A stretch of 64,000 nt of DNA from Ranitomeya imitator (taxonomy: Eukaryota). Below are positions 1 to 12,786 of this stretch, piece after piece. The DNA lies in NCBI RefSeq assembly GCF_032444005.1, contig NC_091288.1:87482001-87546000 (forward strand), in the 5' to 3' direction. Below the pieces are notes generated by a model. That model was not told the DNA's origin. It saw nothing but the letters and a program-made list of their open reading frames with translations, and did not search any database. A program made the translations under genes and the position numbers. How positions within the stretch are numbered: position 1 is the stretch's first letter; every line of letters begins with the position of its first letter.

Positions 1-1366
1 CACAACACGTGGGGCATAGTAGTACAGGAGGCACAAGGCACCATAATACACAGGGCACAACAATAATGGGACAAGTAGTGCATGAAGCAGAAGGCAAAAA
101 GGTGCATGGGGGAGAGGATACAGCAGCACATGGAGCTCAGTACTATAGGGGCACAGCAGCAAAGGGTAGAGTAGTGTAAGGGGCCCAGCAGCACATGGGG
201 CACAAAGTACAGTATTGCAGAGGGCACAGCAGAACATGGGGTACAGTAGTGTAGGGGGCACAGGGTACAGTAGTGTAGGTGGCACAGCAGCACATGGGGC
301 ACAGGGTACAGTAGTGTAGGGGGCACAGTAGCACATGGGGCATATTAGCAGAGTACAGTTATGTAGGAGCACAGGGTACAGTAGTGTAGCATGGCACAGC
401 AGCACATGGGGCCAATTAGCAGAGTACAGTTATGTAGGGGGCACAGGGTACAGTAGTGTAGGGGGCACAGCAGCACATGGGGCCAATTAGCAGAGTACAG
501 TTATGTAGGAGCACAGGGTACAGTAGTGTAGCAGGGCACAGCAGCACATGGGGCATATTAGCAGAGTACAGTACAGTAGGGGGCACAGGGTACAGTAGTG
601 TAGCAGGGCACAGCAGCACATGGGGCATATTAGCAGAGTACAGTACAGTAGGGGGCACAGGGTACAGTAGTGTAGCAGGGCACAGCAGCACATGGGGCCA
701 ATTAGCAGAGTACAGTTATGTAGGGGGCACAGCAGCACAAGGTACAGTAGCACTTGCCCCCTGGTTACTACACAGATCAGAGCAGGACGCTCGATACTAA
801 AGGTGCCGCCTCCCCCTCCTCAGTGTCTGGTTCCTTTGTACGGCCGGTGACCAGAGCTGACAGGGAGATACCACAAGAGCTGCACATTTCTGTACTTGAG
901 CCATTCGGGAGAAGGAGAAACTGTGATGTTGCCATAGCAAGTTGCAACAAATGGCGGCCATGGAGGGGGCGTTTCGCTAGCAACCCGGAGGGATGGAAGG
1001 AGCAAGTACTGATCCAAGGTACTTACTAGCAGTGGGAGAGGCGGCAGATGCTGGCACACCACCATTTTCTCTTCCTCCTCTGCCCGCTCCTCTCGTTATG
1101 GCAGTCCTCCAAGCAGCAGAGAGCGCCGCCCCTGGCACAGCCGCACTATCCCTGCAGCCACCAGCGAGAGGCGCCCAGTCCTCCAGCAATCTGAGATGAG
1201 GGCGGAGCGTCCTGCTTCCGGGACCGCTCTTTCCATTGCAAAAAGGACTTTAAAAAAACAAACAAAAACAAAACAAAAAACAAACATACCTTGTTCGGGT
1301 GCCGCCCCCCGCATCCTGCCGCCCTAGGCACGTGCCCTCAAGTGCCTAGTGGCAAATACGGCCCTG
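1..1366. mobile_element. Non-autonomous hAT-like element with internal minisatellite (other end outside window)
   Basis: terminal ...ACGGCCCTG resembles the CAGGGCCG TIR of the TSD-proven hAT at 5085-6958. Confidence 0.55.
130..750. repeat. Minisatellite, about 23-24 bp monomers organised as a 72-bp higher-order unit
   Basis: GCAGCACATGGGGC recurs at 541, 613 and 685 (period 72). Confidence 0.85.
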
Positions 1367-2806
1367 CCTACGGTACCTATTTGTCATGGTCAGGAAGGGA
1401 TTCCCGACCTGTAACGAACAGCTCCATCATGGCAGTCATGCAGGCACCATGTATGAAGACACGGTTATCGCATGAAGGTGCCTGCTGTGTCTGTCGTCAC
1501 GGAGGTTTCGCTGACCCCCAAATCCACGATCACTATGATTGGCAGCCAATCACAGCAATTTCAATGTTTCGGCAAATGAAAGTACCTGAAACATTGATGT
1601 CCAGCTATGATTAGTGCTATACTGGCACTGATCATAGGCTGGTGCTAGGTAACAGCAGTGCCAGCAGCCCCAGCTCTGATTGTTTGGATTAGACAAATAC
1701 GTCTGATCGCACCAATCAATGATCAAGAGGGAAGTCTGACCTTTAAGTTGCACCACCTCATTCCAGTTTGGAGACATGTGCAGAGTGGTCACTGTGCTAC
1801 TCACCTGCTGGGACTTGTGGTGCCACAGATTCTTTTTAGGCTGTGCATTCACTTCTACTGCTTCTGATTGAAGATTTGAAAAACAGAATTGAAAATGTTA
1901 CTGATCTGTTCCTGACGTGTTCCCTGCTTTTTTTTCTAATCCACTACAATCCCTCTCTGCCCCTACCCCTAATCCCTTCACAAACCTTCTTTTGCTGCAG
2001 AGCGCTGATTAGTATTTGACCACTCCATTTTTGGCATTTTTTTCCTCTTTGCATCACCTCCGTGCATGCTTCCTGCCGTCATGCAGCCACTGAGTGCTGA
2101 TCAGTGACGCACATCATTGATCAGCATCCATGCTCACTTTTGTTTTAGGACTTTTTTCCTGTCTGCACCACCTCCGTGAGTGTGTCCTGCAGCCAATGAG
2201 CATTGATCAGTGATGCATATCACTGATTGGCATCATTTATCTATTTTTTTTCTTTTTTCAAAAAGTGGAAAAGAAATTAAAAATAATTTAGATTAGTTTG
2301 TAGGGCTATTTTAGGGGCAGTGTAATCCACAGTAAAAAATATACTGTAGGAATTAGCTTGTACTACCGTAAATTTTTTTAATAAAATTTAATCACAATTA
2401 GCGGCAGATATTTGCAGACGTTCAGGAATTGTTTTTTTTTACGAACGTCCGTTTAGTAATTGTGGTTTCAGAATTTTAGTGGAAAAAGGATTGTAGGAAC
2501 AACATGTATACTACAGTTTTTTCTACTAACACATAGAATCAGAATCAGCATCAGATACTTGCAGGAGCTTGTTTTTTTTACTGACATCCATTTGGTAATG
2601 GTAATTTCTGTATTTTAGTGGAAAATTCTTGTAGTAATTATACCACAGCTTTTTCTACTGCATAGAATTATGGTAAACGTAATTAAGTTGCGGGCGTTTA
2701 GTAATTGTTTTTACTGTCATCTGTTTAGTAAGTATTTTTTAATTTACCAAATTTTTAGATTCTCATTTTTATCTTTTTATTTCAAGATTCTTTTTTTCTT
2801 AATAAA

Positions 2807-3110
2807 TAGTGATGAGAGAGTATGCTCGTTACTCAAGATTTCCGAGCATGCTCAGGTGTTCTCCGAGTATTTTGGTGTGCTCGGAGATTTCGTTTGTGTT
2901 GCCTCAGCTGCATGATTTGCGGCTGCTAGACAGCCTGAAAGCATGTGGGGATTCCCTAACAAACAGGCAACCCCCCACATGTATTCAGGCTGTCTAGCAG
3001 CCACAAATCATGCAGCTTCAGCGACACAAACATAATGTACGAGCAAGCTCAAAATACTCGGAGACCACCCAAGCATGATCTCGAGTAATGAGTATACTCG
3101 CTCATCACTA
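2807..3110. mobile_element. hAT-type MITE (TAGTGATGAG TIR)
   Basis: TIRs TAGTGATGAG/CTCATCACTA; 8-bp TSD TTAATAAA/GTAATAAA. Confidence 0.75.
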
Positions 3111-3228
3111 GTAATAAATTAATTATAAAAAAATTACACCAAACACACACCTAAATATAATCTAATTATCCACAACACACACTTGACAAACACAGCAAAA
3201 AACACACACCACCCATGTGAAAAATAAC

Positions 3229-4015
3229 ATGTCCCATTCTTCGGAAAGACGGTATTCAGCCGAGGATGCATACTCCTTCTTTGCCTCGACACTGATAATC
3301 TGATAATGAGGGAGAGGAAGCCAACTTCCTCTATTTTTCCTCCTTCATCTCTTCTTCATCCAGTGATAATGAACCTCCACGCAGACACCCGAGATCAGCA
3401 AATGAGCCAGCGTCCACTGTTCGTAACCCCCTATGGATCTCATCCCTGAAGATTATGAGCCTCAGATTCCTGATTTTGTGGTCCAACCAGGAATCCAATT
3501 TGACACAGACCGGCCTCACAGAAATAGACTCTTTCAAAGTCTTTTTCTCTGAGAATTTCATAATTCTAATAGTGACTGTGTCAAATTTATAAACCTAACA
3601 ATTTTTTCCCCAAAACCCTCACTTCATCATTTGCTAACTAGACCCCCATAAACACAGCAAAAATTACAAAATGTTGGGGCCATGTGCTTCACATGGGGAT
3701 AATGAAGAAGCCAGAAGTTAGGCAATATTCAGTGTTGATATTTTAAATAGCACTCCAGTTTCTCGCATGGCTATGACCAGGAAATGCTTTGAAGTCAATC
3801 CCAAACTTTGTGCAGTTCATCAATAATGCACAGTGTCCACCCCGAGGTGACTCCAACTTTGACCGACTTTTCAAATTTCTGAAGAATACATTCCCCAAAC
3901 ATATATTTACATGGATGAGTCCCTAATACACTTCAAGGTAAGGCTTAAATTCTGGCAATACTTTCCCAATAAGTGGGCAAGGTACGGAATAAAACTGTAC
4001 ACATTGTAAAATTGT
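3229..4015 (+). pseudogene. Degenerate piggyBac (PGBD4-like) transposase
   Basis: frameshifted fragments MSHSSERRYSAEDAY, MGIMKKPEVRQY, DSNFDRLFK, MDESLIHFKVRLKFWQYFPNKWARYGIKLY. Confidence 0.8.
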
Positions 4016-5084
4016 AAAAATGTAAATGGTTTGCCCCCACGTAAGGGCAATGGGGTACTCGGTACCGAGTCCTTCAGTTCCGACAGCGAGGATGTCACGG
4101 TGGCCCGACCCCGACCGTGGCCCTATGAGGGGCGCCCAATAAAAGGCAAAGTTTGTAGATAACGGTAGTGTTCGTGACGCCACCTGTGGTATTCGGTCAG
4201 AGTGACCGACACTGCTTAGGGGTCCGCCGGGGTGATGGAATAGCAGCTAGATGGTATACCTTCCCACAGGTTAAATATATCCCCAGGGCTTCCCAAAAAT
4301 GTAGATGTTGATGGTGGATGGTGCAAGGTGCGGTAAATAACGAGGACACAATGGGTGCAGTCTCTTTACCTTTACTGAAGGCTTCAGCAACCACAGTCCA
4401 GAGTGCCAGATGACAGGGTAGGCAGGGTCCGGCCGGTCTGATGGCAATTCCAGAGTCCCCTTATCCAGGTGGAAATCAGTAGCCTTCCCCTTGCGCACAG
4501 TAACGTAGTAGGTCCCTACTTACATTAGCTACCATAAGGTCCTCGCTGTTGTTACTTCTCTCTCTGTCCCCCAGATGGATGGGACATACCCGTATGACGG
4601 TGGTGGCCTGAGGCTATTTTATAGGGACCCCTCCTCCGCGTTGCCACCTTGTCTGCTTAGGTGTTTAGGTCAGACAGCTAACTTGGAATCGACTGCCCTG
4701 CCGGTCTCTGAAGTAAAGCGTAGAGTCTATTACTCCCTCGGTGTTCCGGCCACCAGTTCTGCACTTCAGATGGAGGCAGCCTGCTTCTAGCTGGTCTCCC
4801 ACTGATGTTTCACTCCTGTTGCTATGACTTCTGTGCTAACTCAGTACGGCACACTTCCCTTCTTGTCCTTTCTTAGGAGGCTGCCGCATGGGTTGCAGGT
4901 GCAGCTCCATGTCCTTCTTTCCCACTGAGCCACTGATGTTCTTTCCTTTTTCCTCTGTCTGCATAACAGGAAATCCCTGGGCCGAGCCCTGTCTGCTTCC
5001 CTCCCTCTGCTTCTCCTGACTCCAACTGACTCTGACTGACTCCCTAACCAACCCACCAGTTTTACCCTTTGTGAGGAGTGGCCT

Positions 5085-6958
5085 CAGGGCCGGCTCCAGG
5101 TTTTCGAGGGCCCCGGGCGAAAGAGTCTCAGTGGGCCCCCCCCCCTTTAATGAATACCCCGATTTATGATGCCCAGATACGGCAGAGAAATGTATAGTCC
5201 AATGCCAGATTTCACTTCTTACATGAGTGACAGCTATTGTAAATTCTGCAGTGTATATATACAGGAGAGGTGCTGTGCAGTGTATATATACAGGAGGAAA
5301 GGTGCTGTGCAGTGTATATATACAGGAGAGGTGCTGTGCAGTGTATATATACAGGAGGAAAGGTGCTGTGCAGTGTATATATACAGGAGGAAAGGTGCTG
5401 TGCAGTGTATATATACAGGAGAGGTGCTGTGCAGTGTATATATACAGGAGGAAAGGTGCTGTGCAGTGTATATATACAGGAGGAGTGGTACTGTGCAGTG
5501 TATATATACAGGAGGAAAGGTGCTTGCAGTGTATATATACAGGAGAGGTGCTGTGCAGTGTATATATACAGGAGGAAAGGTGCTGTGCAGTGTGTATATA
5601 TACAGGAGAGGTGCTTTTCTGTTTTGAGTATTTCTATGAAACAAAGACTTTTCTACATAAACAACGTTGTTTGGTTTTGCGGCCCCAACAGATCTGTGCT
5701 ACAAAGTAACAGGCGGCTCGGGCATTAATGAGGGACCTGATACTGAATCCTTTCCACAAACCCTAATGACCCAATTAGTGCCCTGTCATTAGAAGCTCAT
5801 TAAACGCCTCCCTGTCCCGAGCAGTCATGTACAGTATGGGGGGATCCTGCAGCCCACCCCCTGACTGCTCCATACTATACACTGCCCTCTGTCGCGCTCA
5901 CTATTATCCTGTGCATTTCTCCGTCATCGTTACCCCATGTTACACTTGTCACCCCCCACTACAGAGTAGCAGGGCAGCCAATGTCACCCCCTCCCGGACC
6001 CTGATGGCAGCAGGAAATGTCTGCTCCTCTATTGGGTTGGAACCTGATTTAATCAAGGAATAATGTGGATTTGTTGCCGGTGGCCGCAGGGGAAGGGTTA
6101 AGTGATGCCATGTCCTTGGTGGGAGCAGTGGCAGCTGCTGGGACCTGGACAGAGACAACCAATGTTGCTGTGACTGCACAGTGTGATGTGGAGGAGAGAA
6201 GCTGAGACGCAGAAATCACCCACATGCCAGCACTGGGCAGAGTCCCTCCAGTCACCAGCCTGGGGCCACAGAGCCCCAACATACAGCCCACAGCTCAGTT
6301 TCATCCATGGCAGCAGCTCCCCTTCCTCCTGGCATCTGGTTAACCCCATTTATGCGGGTCGGATTGTTATCTTTAAGGTTCAGCAATAACCTTCATACAG
6401 ATGGGAAGGGGTTAAGCTTCTTCCTACCCCACTGGTGCAGGTTGGTGAGGAATGCATGTATTCTGGGGTTCTGGGTGAGCTGGGCGGCTGCAGGTTGCAG
6501 GCTGCTCTCCACCATCTCCTCCTCCAGACATCACCCACATTTTTAGGCAGCGGAGACAGACAGCAGCAGACTGAGCCACAAGTCCAACCACTGCTGGATA
6601 CTTTAGTTTGCACTCACTCAGGCACTGGTAGGATGGAGCTCCTCCGGAATCTGCCTGATAATAAGTTCAGCACTGCAGCCAGCCAGGGGCTCTCTCCGCC
6701 CACAAACAGTCACACTGGCTGTGTTCTCTTAACCCCTATGTGTGCCTGCCTGGCTGCACTGACTGAGTGAGAAGATGCTTGTGTCAGAGCTGGCACATAG
6801 GGGTTAAGAGAACTCAGCCAGTGTGACTTTGTGGGCGGAGAGAGCATGTTCTCCTGCTCTGCTCTCCCAGCTGTATCTATGACAGCATGAGTGGGCCCCC
6901 CTCTCTCTCTAGGGCCCCGGCATTTGCCCAGGTGCGCCGGGTGCTGACGCCGGCCCTG
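5085..6958. mobile_element. Non-autonomous hAT element
   Basis: 10-bp TIR CAGGGCCGGC; perfect 8-bp TSD AGTGGCCT (5077-5084, 6959-6966); empty site present in sibling LTR near 23281. Confidence 0.9.
5248..5612. repeat. Minisatellite of mixed 29- and 32-bp units (GCAGTGTATATATACAGGAG[GAA]AGGTGCTGT), about 12 copies
   Basis: direct tandem repeats; source of the spurious VQCIYT ORFs. Confidence 0.9.
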
Positions 6959-7574
6959 AGTGGCCTATTACATAGAACCCTTAGCTCCCCCTGGTGGATC
7001 GGCGTGTGAAGTGTGTGTGTGGCTGTGATACCTGGCAGGGTGAACTCCTTTGGTGCCATCAGACGTAACATCGCTCCTCCTGGTGGAAGAACGACATTAC
7101 TGCAACAACCAGGACTCTGGGGCGCTGCATAAACATTGAAAAGAGCTGCGGTAAGCTCCTCCATTCAACATGTAGTGGCTGTTGCCAGGTACTGCAGATC
7201 AACTCCTATGCAAGAGAAGAGGAGCTGATCTTCAGTCACCAGCAGCAGCCACTACTCACTGAATGGAGGTGTTTACCGCAGCTCTGTTCAGTATTTAAAT
7301 CCCGCTCCCATCTGTAGGTAAGAATAGATGACCTTTGGGGGTCCCCAATGTTGGACCGCCACTGATCTTTTATTGATGACTTAATCTTAATGATGGATTA
7401 TCAATATAAAAAGGTTAGGAGAACCCCTCTAATCTTTTGATTTTCAAAAACCTATAGACTTTTTGTTTTGTTTTTTTAATGTTAATGTACAGACATCCAG
7501 TAGAAAAGAGGGTTTAACCATATGAGGGAATGCTGAAATGTTCCACGTGTATATTACTGTATAATTTGCTGCAG

Positions 7575-7674
7575 GAAAGCTTATCAGAAGAGATGAATGA
7601 AGCATGGCGGCAAAAAGAGACCAGGCTGAAGGAGTCATTTGAAGAGCAGAAGCTAATAGACATATCAATGCAAA
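7575..7674 (+). CDS. FLACC1: FLACC1/ALS2CR12-like coiled-coil protein, first exon visible in window (ESLSEEMNEAWRQKETRLKESFEEQKLIDISMQ); upstream exons lie outside the window
   Basis: ttgctgcag acceptor and gtaaga donor; 100 nt, phase 0 to 1; chains in frame with five downstream exons. Confidence 0.85.
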
Positions 7675-7893
7675 GTAAGAGCATTGAGAACGTTATTTTA
7701 TGTCTCTGCCAAAACTTTCTTTTTGATTAACTGTTTATATTGTAACAAAATAAATATAATTTTGGGTGCAGTTACGTTTTCTTTCTTTTGCAGCAACAAT
7801 TCAGTTCTTCATTAGCCTGTATGTAGATACGTTGGCTTCTTTTCATCACCCTTGACCTCCATTCATTACTAGAATGGGGTAGCATTGAATTAA

Positions 7894-8313
7894 AGGGAAT
7901 CTGTCAGCAAGTTTTTTTTGCTATGTACCGTAATTTCACAGCATCATGAGGCCCTGATTCCAACAATGTGTCACTTACTTTACTGGGTGCAGCAGTTATG
8001 ATGGAGTCATAGTTTTCTCTGCTGCAGATCTAGTAGAGCTCAGTTGTTGAGCTGTCTATTACCTCGCCCATACCACAGTTTTCTGTGTACATTGTATAGT
8101 GACAGAGAGCTGCTAATCAGTGCTGCGGTCGTGGTTGGACTAGGAGGCACAAGGCCAGTTGTCCTGTAATCATAATCTCCTGCTGATAAAACAATGATTG
8201 TATGAAAACAGTAAAACACAGCCCAGGACGTGACACATCACTGGAATTAGGGTCTCTGCTCCTACATTATGGTGTTTTCAGATTACATAGAAAAAACTGC
8301 TGACTGATTCCCT
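7894..8313. mobile_element. Kolobok/T2-like MITE
   Basis: TTAA|AGGGAATCTGTCAGCA ... TGCTGACTGATTCCCT|TTAG termini. Confidence 0.65.
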
Positions 8314-8731
8314 TTAGTTTATTTCCCAATGACTCAGTGTGGCTTTTTGTGGAAGCATCATGGTTGGACATTTCTAGTTTAGCCGTACTTGTACTTATAT
8401 TTATCGGACCAGCATCTGCTTTTAGCTCCCATATACTGGTGGATGGTGCCAGGTCCTTTGCCATTTAAATAGAATTAGAGATTTTTTTTTTACTACAGAC
8501 TAATGTAGTGAGTGGGACATGAGTACCTTTCCTTTATGCAGTGCTCACCACATTTTTCCCAGGACCTGGCATTAGAGATTGCTGGTAAGTGAGTCATCCT
8601 TTTTTGGCAATTCTGCAATCCTAACCACTTTTACATGTGTCAGAAGAGTCCGTCATTGCTGCCCCGGTGTGAGCACATGATGCTATTACAATATGTGTGA
8701 CATCAAACACTGACCATACCTTCCTCTAAAG

Positions 8732-8835
8732 GGCAGTCCCTGATGGACGTATTCGAGGCTGAGAAAAAAGAACTCCATAGAAGAGCTGTGGAAGAACAGG
8801 CCATGATCCAGCAGAGTCATGAGGCACAAATTGAA
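8732..8835 (+). CDS. FLACC1: FLACC1-like exon (RQSLMDVFEAEKKELHRRAVEEQAMIQQSHEAQIE)
   Basis: cttcctctaaag acceptor, gtcagt donor; 104 nt, phase 1 to 0; needed to keep frame between 7674 and 10478; helical charged sequence. Confidence 0.85.
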
Positions 8836-9372
8836 GTCAGTAAACTAAGCATCTAAGAAGCAAGTGCACAAGAGTGACATTAAAAGACAGCAAGGAAAAT
8901 ACACTTTACATAAGAAAAGCAAATAGTTAGACTTTCCCAACGACAAGTGGTCTATGATGATTTCTAATACATAAATTTGAGAGGACTTATATGCTTTTAT
9001 TGTAACATTTACAAGGGTTAAAAATTTGTCAATAATTGTCCACCAAACTTGACTTCCACTCCAAACATAGAACAAAACTCTAGGCTTGGCCAAGCATGAA
9101 ATGTTTCTTTACTTTAGCCTTATTTATAGAGGGCAAATGTTAAAAAGACACAAACTAGTGGTGCTAATGTATGGCTGCTCCTTATCAGATGTAAAAGGAA
9201 ACCTAAGACTTAAGGCCCCATTCACAGTAGGTTATGTTGTGGGTTCAGCCAACGGCCTATTGTGTATGTGAGTGCCCGATGACTGATGGTTGGGAGAGAT
9301 ATCTATCGAGCACGTCTAATTTCAGACTGATTACATTGTTCTCCCTGAGATCAGCCGCTGACTGATGTGTTA

Positions 9373-9757
9373 AGGTACCTTCACACTGAACAACTTTCCA
9401 ACGAGAACGACAGCGATCTGTGACGTTGCAGCGTCCTGGATAGCGATCTCGTTGTGTTTGACACGCAGCAGCGATCAGGATCCTGCTGTGACATCGCTGG
9501 TCGGAGCTAGAAGTCCGGAACTTCATTTGGTCGTCAGGTCGGCCTGATTCGTCATGATTGACAGCAAAAGCAACGATGCCTGCAATGGTTTTTCATGGAG
9601 CGAACAACCAGCGAGAACGATAAGTACGTCACTGGATCGCTCCTGCATCGCTCAGCTTTTGCCGGTGTTTGACGTCTCCTAGCGACCTAAACAGCGACGC
9701 TGCAGCGATCGGCTCGTTGTCTATATTGCTGCAGCATCGCTTAATGTGACGGTACCT
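9373..9757. mobile_element. PIF/Harbinger-type MITE (AGGTACC TIR family)
   Basis: TTA TSD on both sides; TIR AGGTACC-TCACA/TGTGACGGTACCT; same family as 41662 and 50926. Confidence 0.75.
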
Positions 9758-9983
9758 TTAGTCCATGGCTTTCTCATAGAGAACATGGGAGCACTCAAGC
9801 ACGCACTCCTGTGTCTGGGAGAATTAGCTGCGATGGCTTTCGGCCCGAACAATGTTTCGGCCCAAATGATGTTTCGGCCTACAAATATCTATTGTGTGTG
9901 GCCAGCCTCTGTCTTCCAATAAATGGGACCCAATTCACAACTCCCCTCTTCAGCTTAATTGGTGCAAAATACATTCCTCTTAT

Positions 9984-10388
9984 AGAAGCACTTGCAAGAA
10001 ATGTTTGATCCCCTACACCAATCTAAATATGTATGTAATGTAGTGTAAGTGTAGTAATATACTCACCGATCGCAATCTTCCCCAGTTTCCTGCGCCTCTC
10101 TGGTCCTCTTCTCACTCCGTCTCAGTCTCAAATTTCGACTTGCTGGATCTCTCTGGGGTTTATGTGCGAAATCAGAAGTCACATTACACTGTAAAAGCAG
10201 CTTCCATCTCTCATATAAACCCCGGAGTGATCTGGCAAGTTGGAATTTCAGCCATGTGATCCAGAAGAGGACCAGAGAGGCGCTGGAAACTGGAGATGAC
10301 AATGGGTGAGTATTTTAATGCACTTATACTACATTACATATACATTTAGACATGTATAAGGGATTAAAACATTTTTGGGTGTCCTTCT
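9984..10388. mobile_element. Fold-back MITE, Kolobok/T2-like
   Basis: long imperfect inverted arms; TTAA at the right end. Confidence 0.6.
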
Positions 10389-10477
10389 TTAATAAATGTG
10401 GGCCATTGTATTCTGTTCAGCTTTTCCTTTACACCAATTTTCATCATTTTCCTTTAATCAGTAAGTCTTTCTTTTAG

Positions 10478-10540
10478 GATACATGGAAGAAATACAAGGA
10501 AGCTGCCCAGGAAACAAAGATGCTGAACTTATTGAAAAAG
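10478..10540 (+). CDS. FLACC1: FLACC1-like exon (DTWKKYKEAAQETKMLNLLKK)
   Basis: tctttcttttag acceptor, gtaaat donor; 63 nt, phase 0 to 0. Confidence 0.85.
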
Positions 10541-10561
10541 GTAAATCATTGTGGCGTCATC

Positions 10562-10730
10562 ATTATTATTATTATTATTATTTATTTATATAGCACCATT
10601 AATTCCATGGTGCTGTACATGAGAAAGGGTTACAAACAGGGTTATAGATATCGATTACAGTAAACAGGTTTACAGTGACAGACTGGTACAGAGGGGAGAG
10701 GACCATGTCGTTGCGGATCATCCTTGGGGT
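10562..10730 (-). mobile_element. 3' fragment of L2-type LINE/SINE with (AAT)n tail
   Basis: (ATT)n at 10562-10585 followed by the reverse complement of an L2-like 3' end, similar to 27570-27630. Confidence 0.6.
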
Positions 10731-11962
10731 CATTAAAGTTTTATTACACAAATAACATGACACAAAATGTGCTTCATGTTTCAAAACACAGAATATAGAG
10801 ACATAATCTCCAAACTCTGACCTCAGGATGCCATGATTGCAGAAGCATTGTCTGTATAACAGCATATATAATTAGAATCCATGAGATGAACTTGTCTATT
10901 GTGTCCAATTAGCAACTTTTATTGTGAAAATGGTCACTCCACAACATAGAAGCCAAATGCATCTTTTACGTCAAGTGGATAATCTTGGATTTGTCCTACA
11001 AATAACACATCTTTATTGTTTCTGCTGGATATCTTAGACAAGTATGAGATATCCAGATGATCTGGATACCTCAGTTTATAGATATTAGACTTCATCAGGG
11101 ACCTGCACTTATCAGAACAGGGAGGTTCCCCAATATTATATCCTACCTAATACTGTGGCCACTGTGAATGGAGAGATTGCCACACAGGTACTATTAGTCC
11201 TCAAATCCCCATAAATTATTGATATTTTCATTATATGGCCCTTGAAGCGTTTGAGGCCCATATTACTGTAGATGAAACGATAATTGGAAATAAGTGTTTG
11301 TTGATTAATGGTATGTGTAAACATGGCGGCAATCACCCGCCGAATGAGCAAAATGCTCATTTATTGGGCGATTGGATCAATTATGCCTGCATTAAAATCT
11401 TTGCTATCTGCAGCACATCGTCCTGTGTAAACAGGAGATGTGCCGCCAGTAATTACGACAATCTATGCACCAGAATAATCAAATTATTAGAGGCCTGTCT
11501 AAACAGTCTGCGAAATGACCACTTTTCGGCTGGTATATAGCCAATTTGGCAATTGTTTTAGCAGCCATGGTTGCCAGGTGTAAATGCATCGTACAGGGTT
11601 CATGATTAAAGTTGAGTGAATTTTTCAAAATTCGGTTCCGATTATGATCAATATTCGCCGAACGTCAACGGGGGTAGAAATGAACGAATATGTTCGGAAC
11701 CAATCATCAAACATAAATTTGGCTCGAATAGGTCACTAATATGGAATGAATATGGTAAATACATATTCAGAGACCGATTCTGAACATATTTGCTCAACTC
11801 TGTTCATGATGGAGCAAGACGACATGAGAATATAAGGAATCCAATTATTAGATGCTGGAATATTTTCGTTTAGCTCAGAATAGTAACCAATGTAAAAGAA
11901 AATCCACCTGGACTGAGAAGGCTGCTCAATAATCACTTGAATATTTTATATAGCATTTGCAG

Positions 11963-12043
11963 GATGATATTGCTGAGAAGAATGAAGCTATCCTTTCACT
12001 TACTGCAGACCTACAACATGCCCATACGGAAAATGAAAAGTTG
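11963..12043 (+). CDS. FLACC1: FLACC1-like exon (DDIAEKNEAILSLTADLQHAHTENEKL)
   Basis: catttgcag acceptor, gtaagt donor; 81 nt, phase 0 to 0; heptad pattern. Confidence 0.87.
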
Positions 12044-12474
12044 GTAAGTGGCAACAAATAACTACATGCCTTATACTTACACGTGGTGAAATGGACTAAT
12101 AGCAAGTAGCGGTACATATATTTGAGGCACATAAGGTGTCATATAGATTTATTGGGAAATGTTCCATTTTATACTGTACTATGGCATTATTCTCCATACA
12201 TGTATAGTATCTTAAGGTAAGGTGCATATGACGTCTTTTAAACTTTGGCAAAGCGGGACAAGTATTTGTAAGCAGAAGCCACTCCAGGAAACGCTGGCGT
12301 CTTTTGCATTTTTTTCTAGCACACTACAAAATATGCCAGGAATCTTGTCTGTCTGTCTGTCTCTTCTGACTCCCCATAGGTTTATTTAGTTTGTGGCGTC
12401 TTCCAAGAAGAAGCCACCGAAAGAATAGTCACGTCAGTTGTTTTGACTGATTTGTATCTTTTGAAACTTGAAGG

Positions 12475-12630
12475 TTTCTCTTTTTTTGTGTAGGTTTCCT
12501 CTGGGTTCTCCGGTTTCCTCCCACACTCCAATCATATACTGATAGGGAATTTAGATTGTGAGCCCCAATGGGGACAGTGATGATAATGACTGACAGTTCT
12601 GTAGAACAAACTGCCGCTATATGTATAAGC
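12475..12630 (+). mobile_element. SINE fragment with L2-derived tail
   Basis: GGTTTCCTCTGGGTTCTCCGGTTTCCTCCCACACTCCA core followed by AGATTGTGAGCCCCAATGGGGACAG. Confidence 0.55.
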
Positions 12631-12786
12631 AAGAAATATAAACAAATAAGCAGGATTAATAAAAAATTTGGCAATTAATGTCATTTGTTGAACACTCCTT
12701 TTCGATAAATGAAACAGTTTTTATTGAAGTTGCAGGATTACTACTCTTCTGTAACGGTTTCCCTTCGCTATAAAAAAATATATATA

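Larger units (their letters stand above)
4027..7129. mobile_element. Solo LTR (Ty3/Gypsy-like, about 1.2 kb) interrupted by a hAT insertion
   Basis: TG...CA termini, perfect 4-bp TSD TAAA (4023-4026, 7130-7133); homologous to 17592-18844 and 22260-23451. Confidence 0.8.

Noticed and set aside
5166-5728. Long repetitive ORFs (VQCIYT..., also at 143-800, 19154-19856 and 45837-46416) and a superficial CRISPR-like periodicity
   Set aside because: Units are contiguous tandem minisatellites with no unique spacers or cas genes, open in several frames on both strands, and at least partly inside transposons.
1-7574. Further upstream FLACC1 exons
   Set aside because: Interval is almost wholly transposon-derived; no phase-compatible coiled-coil exon found.
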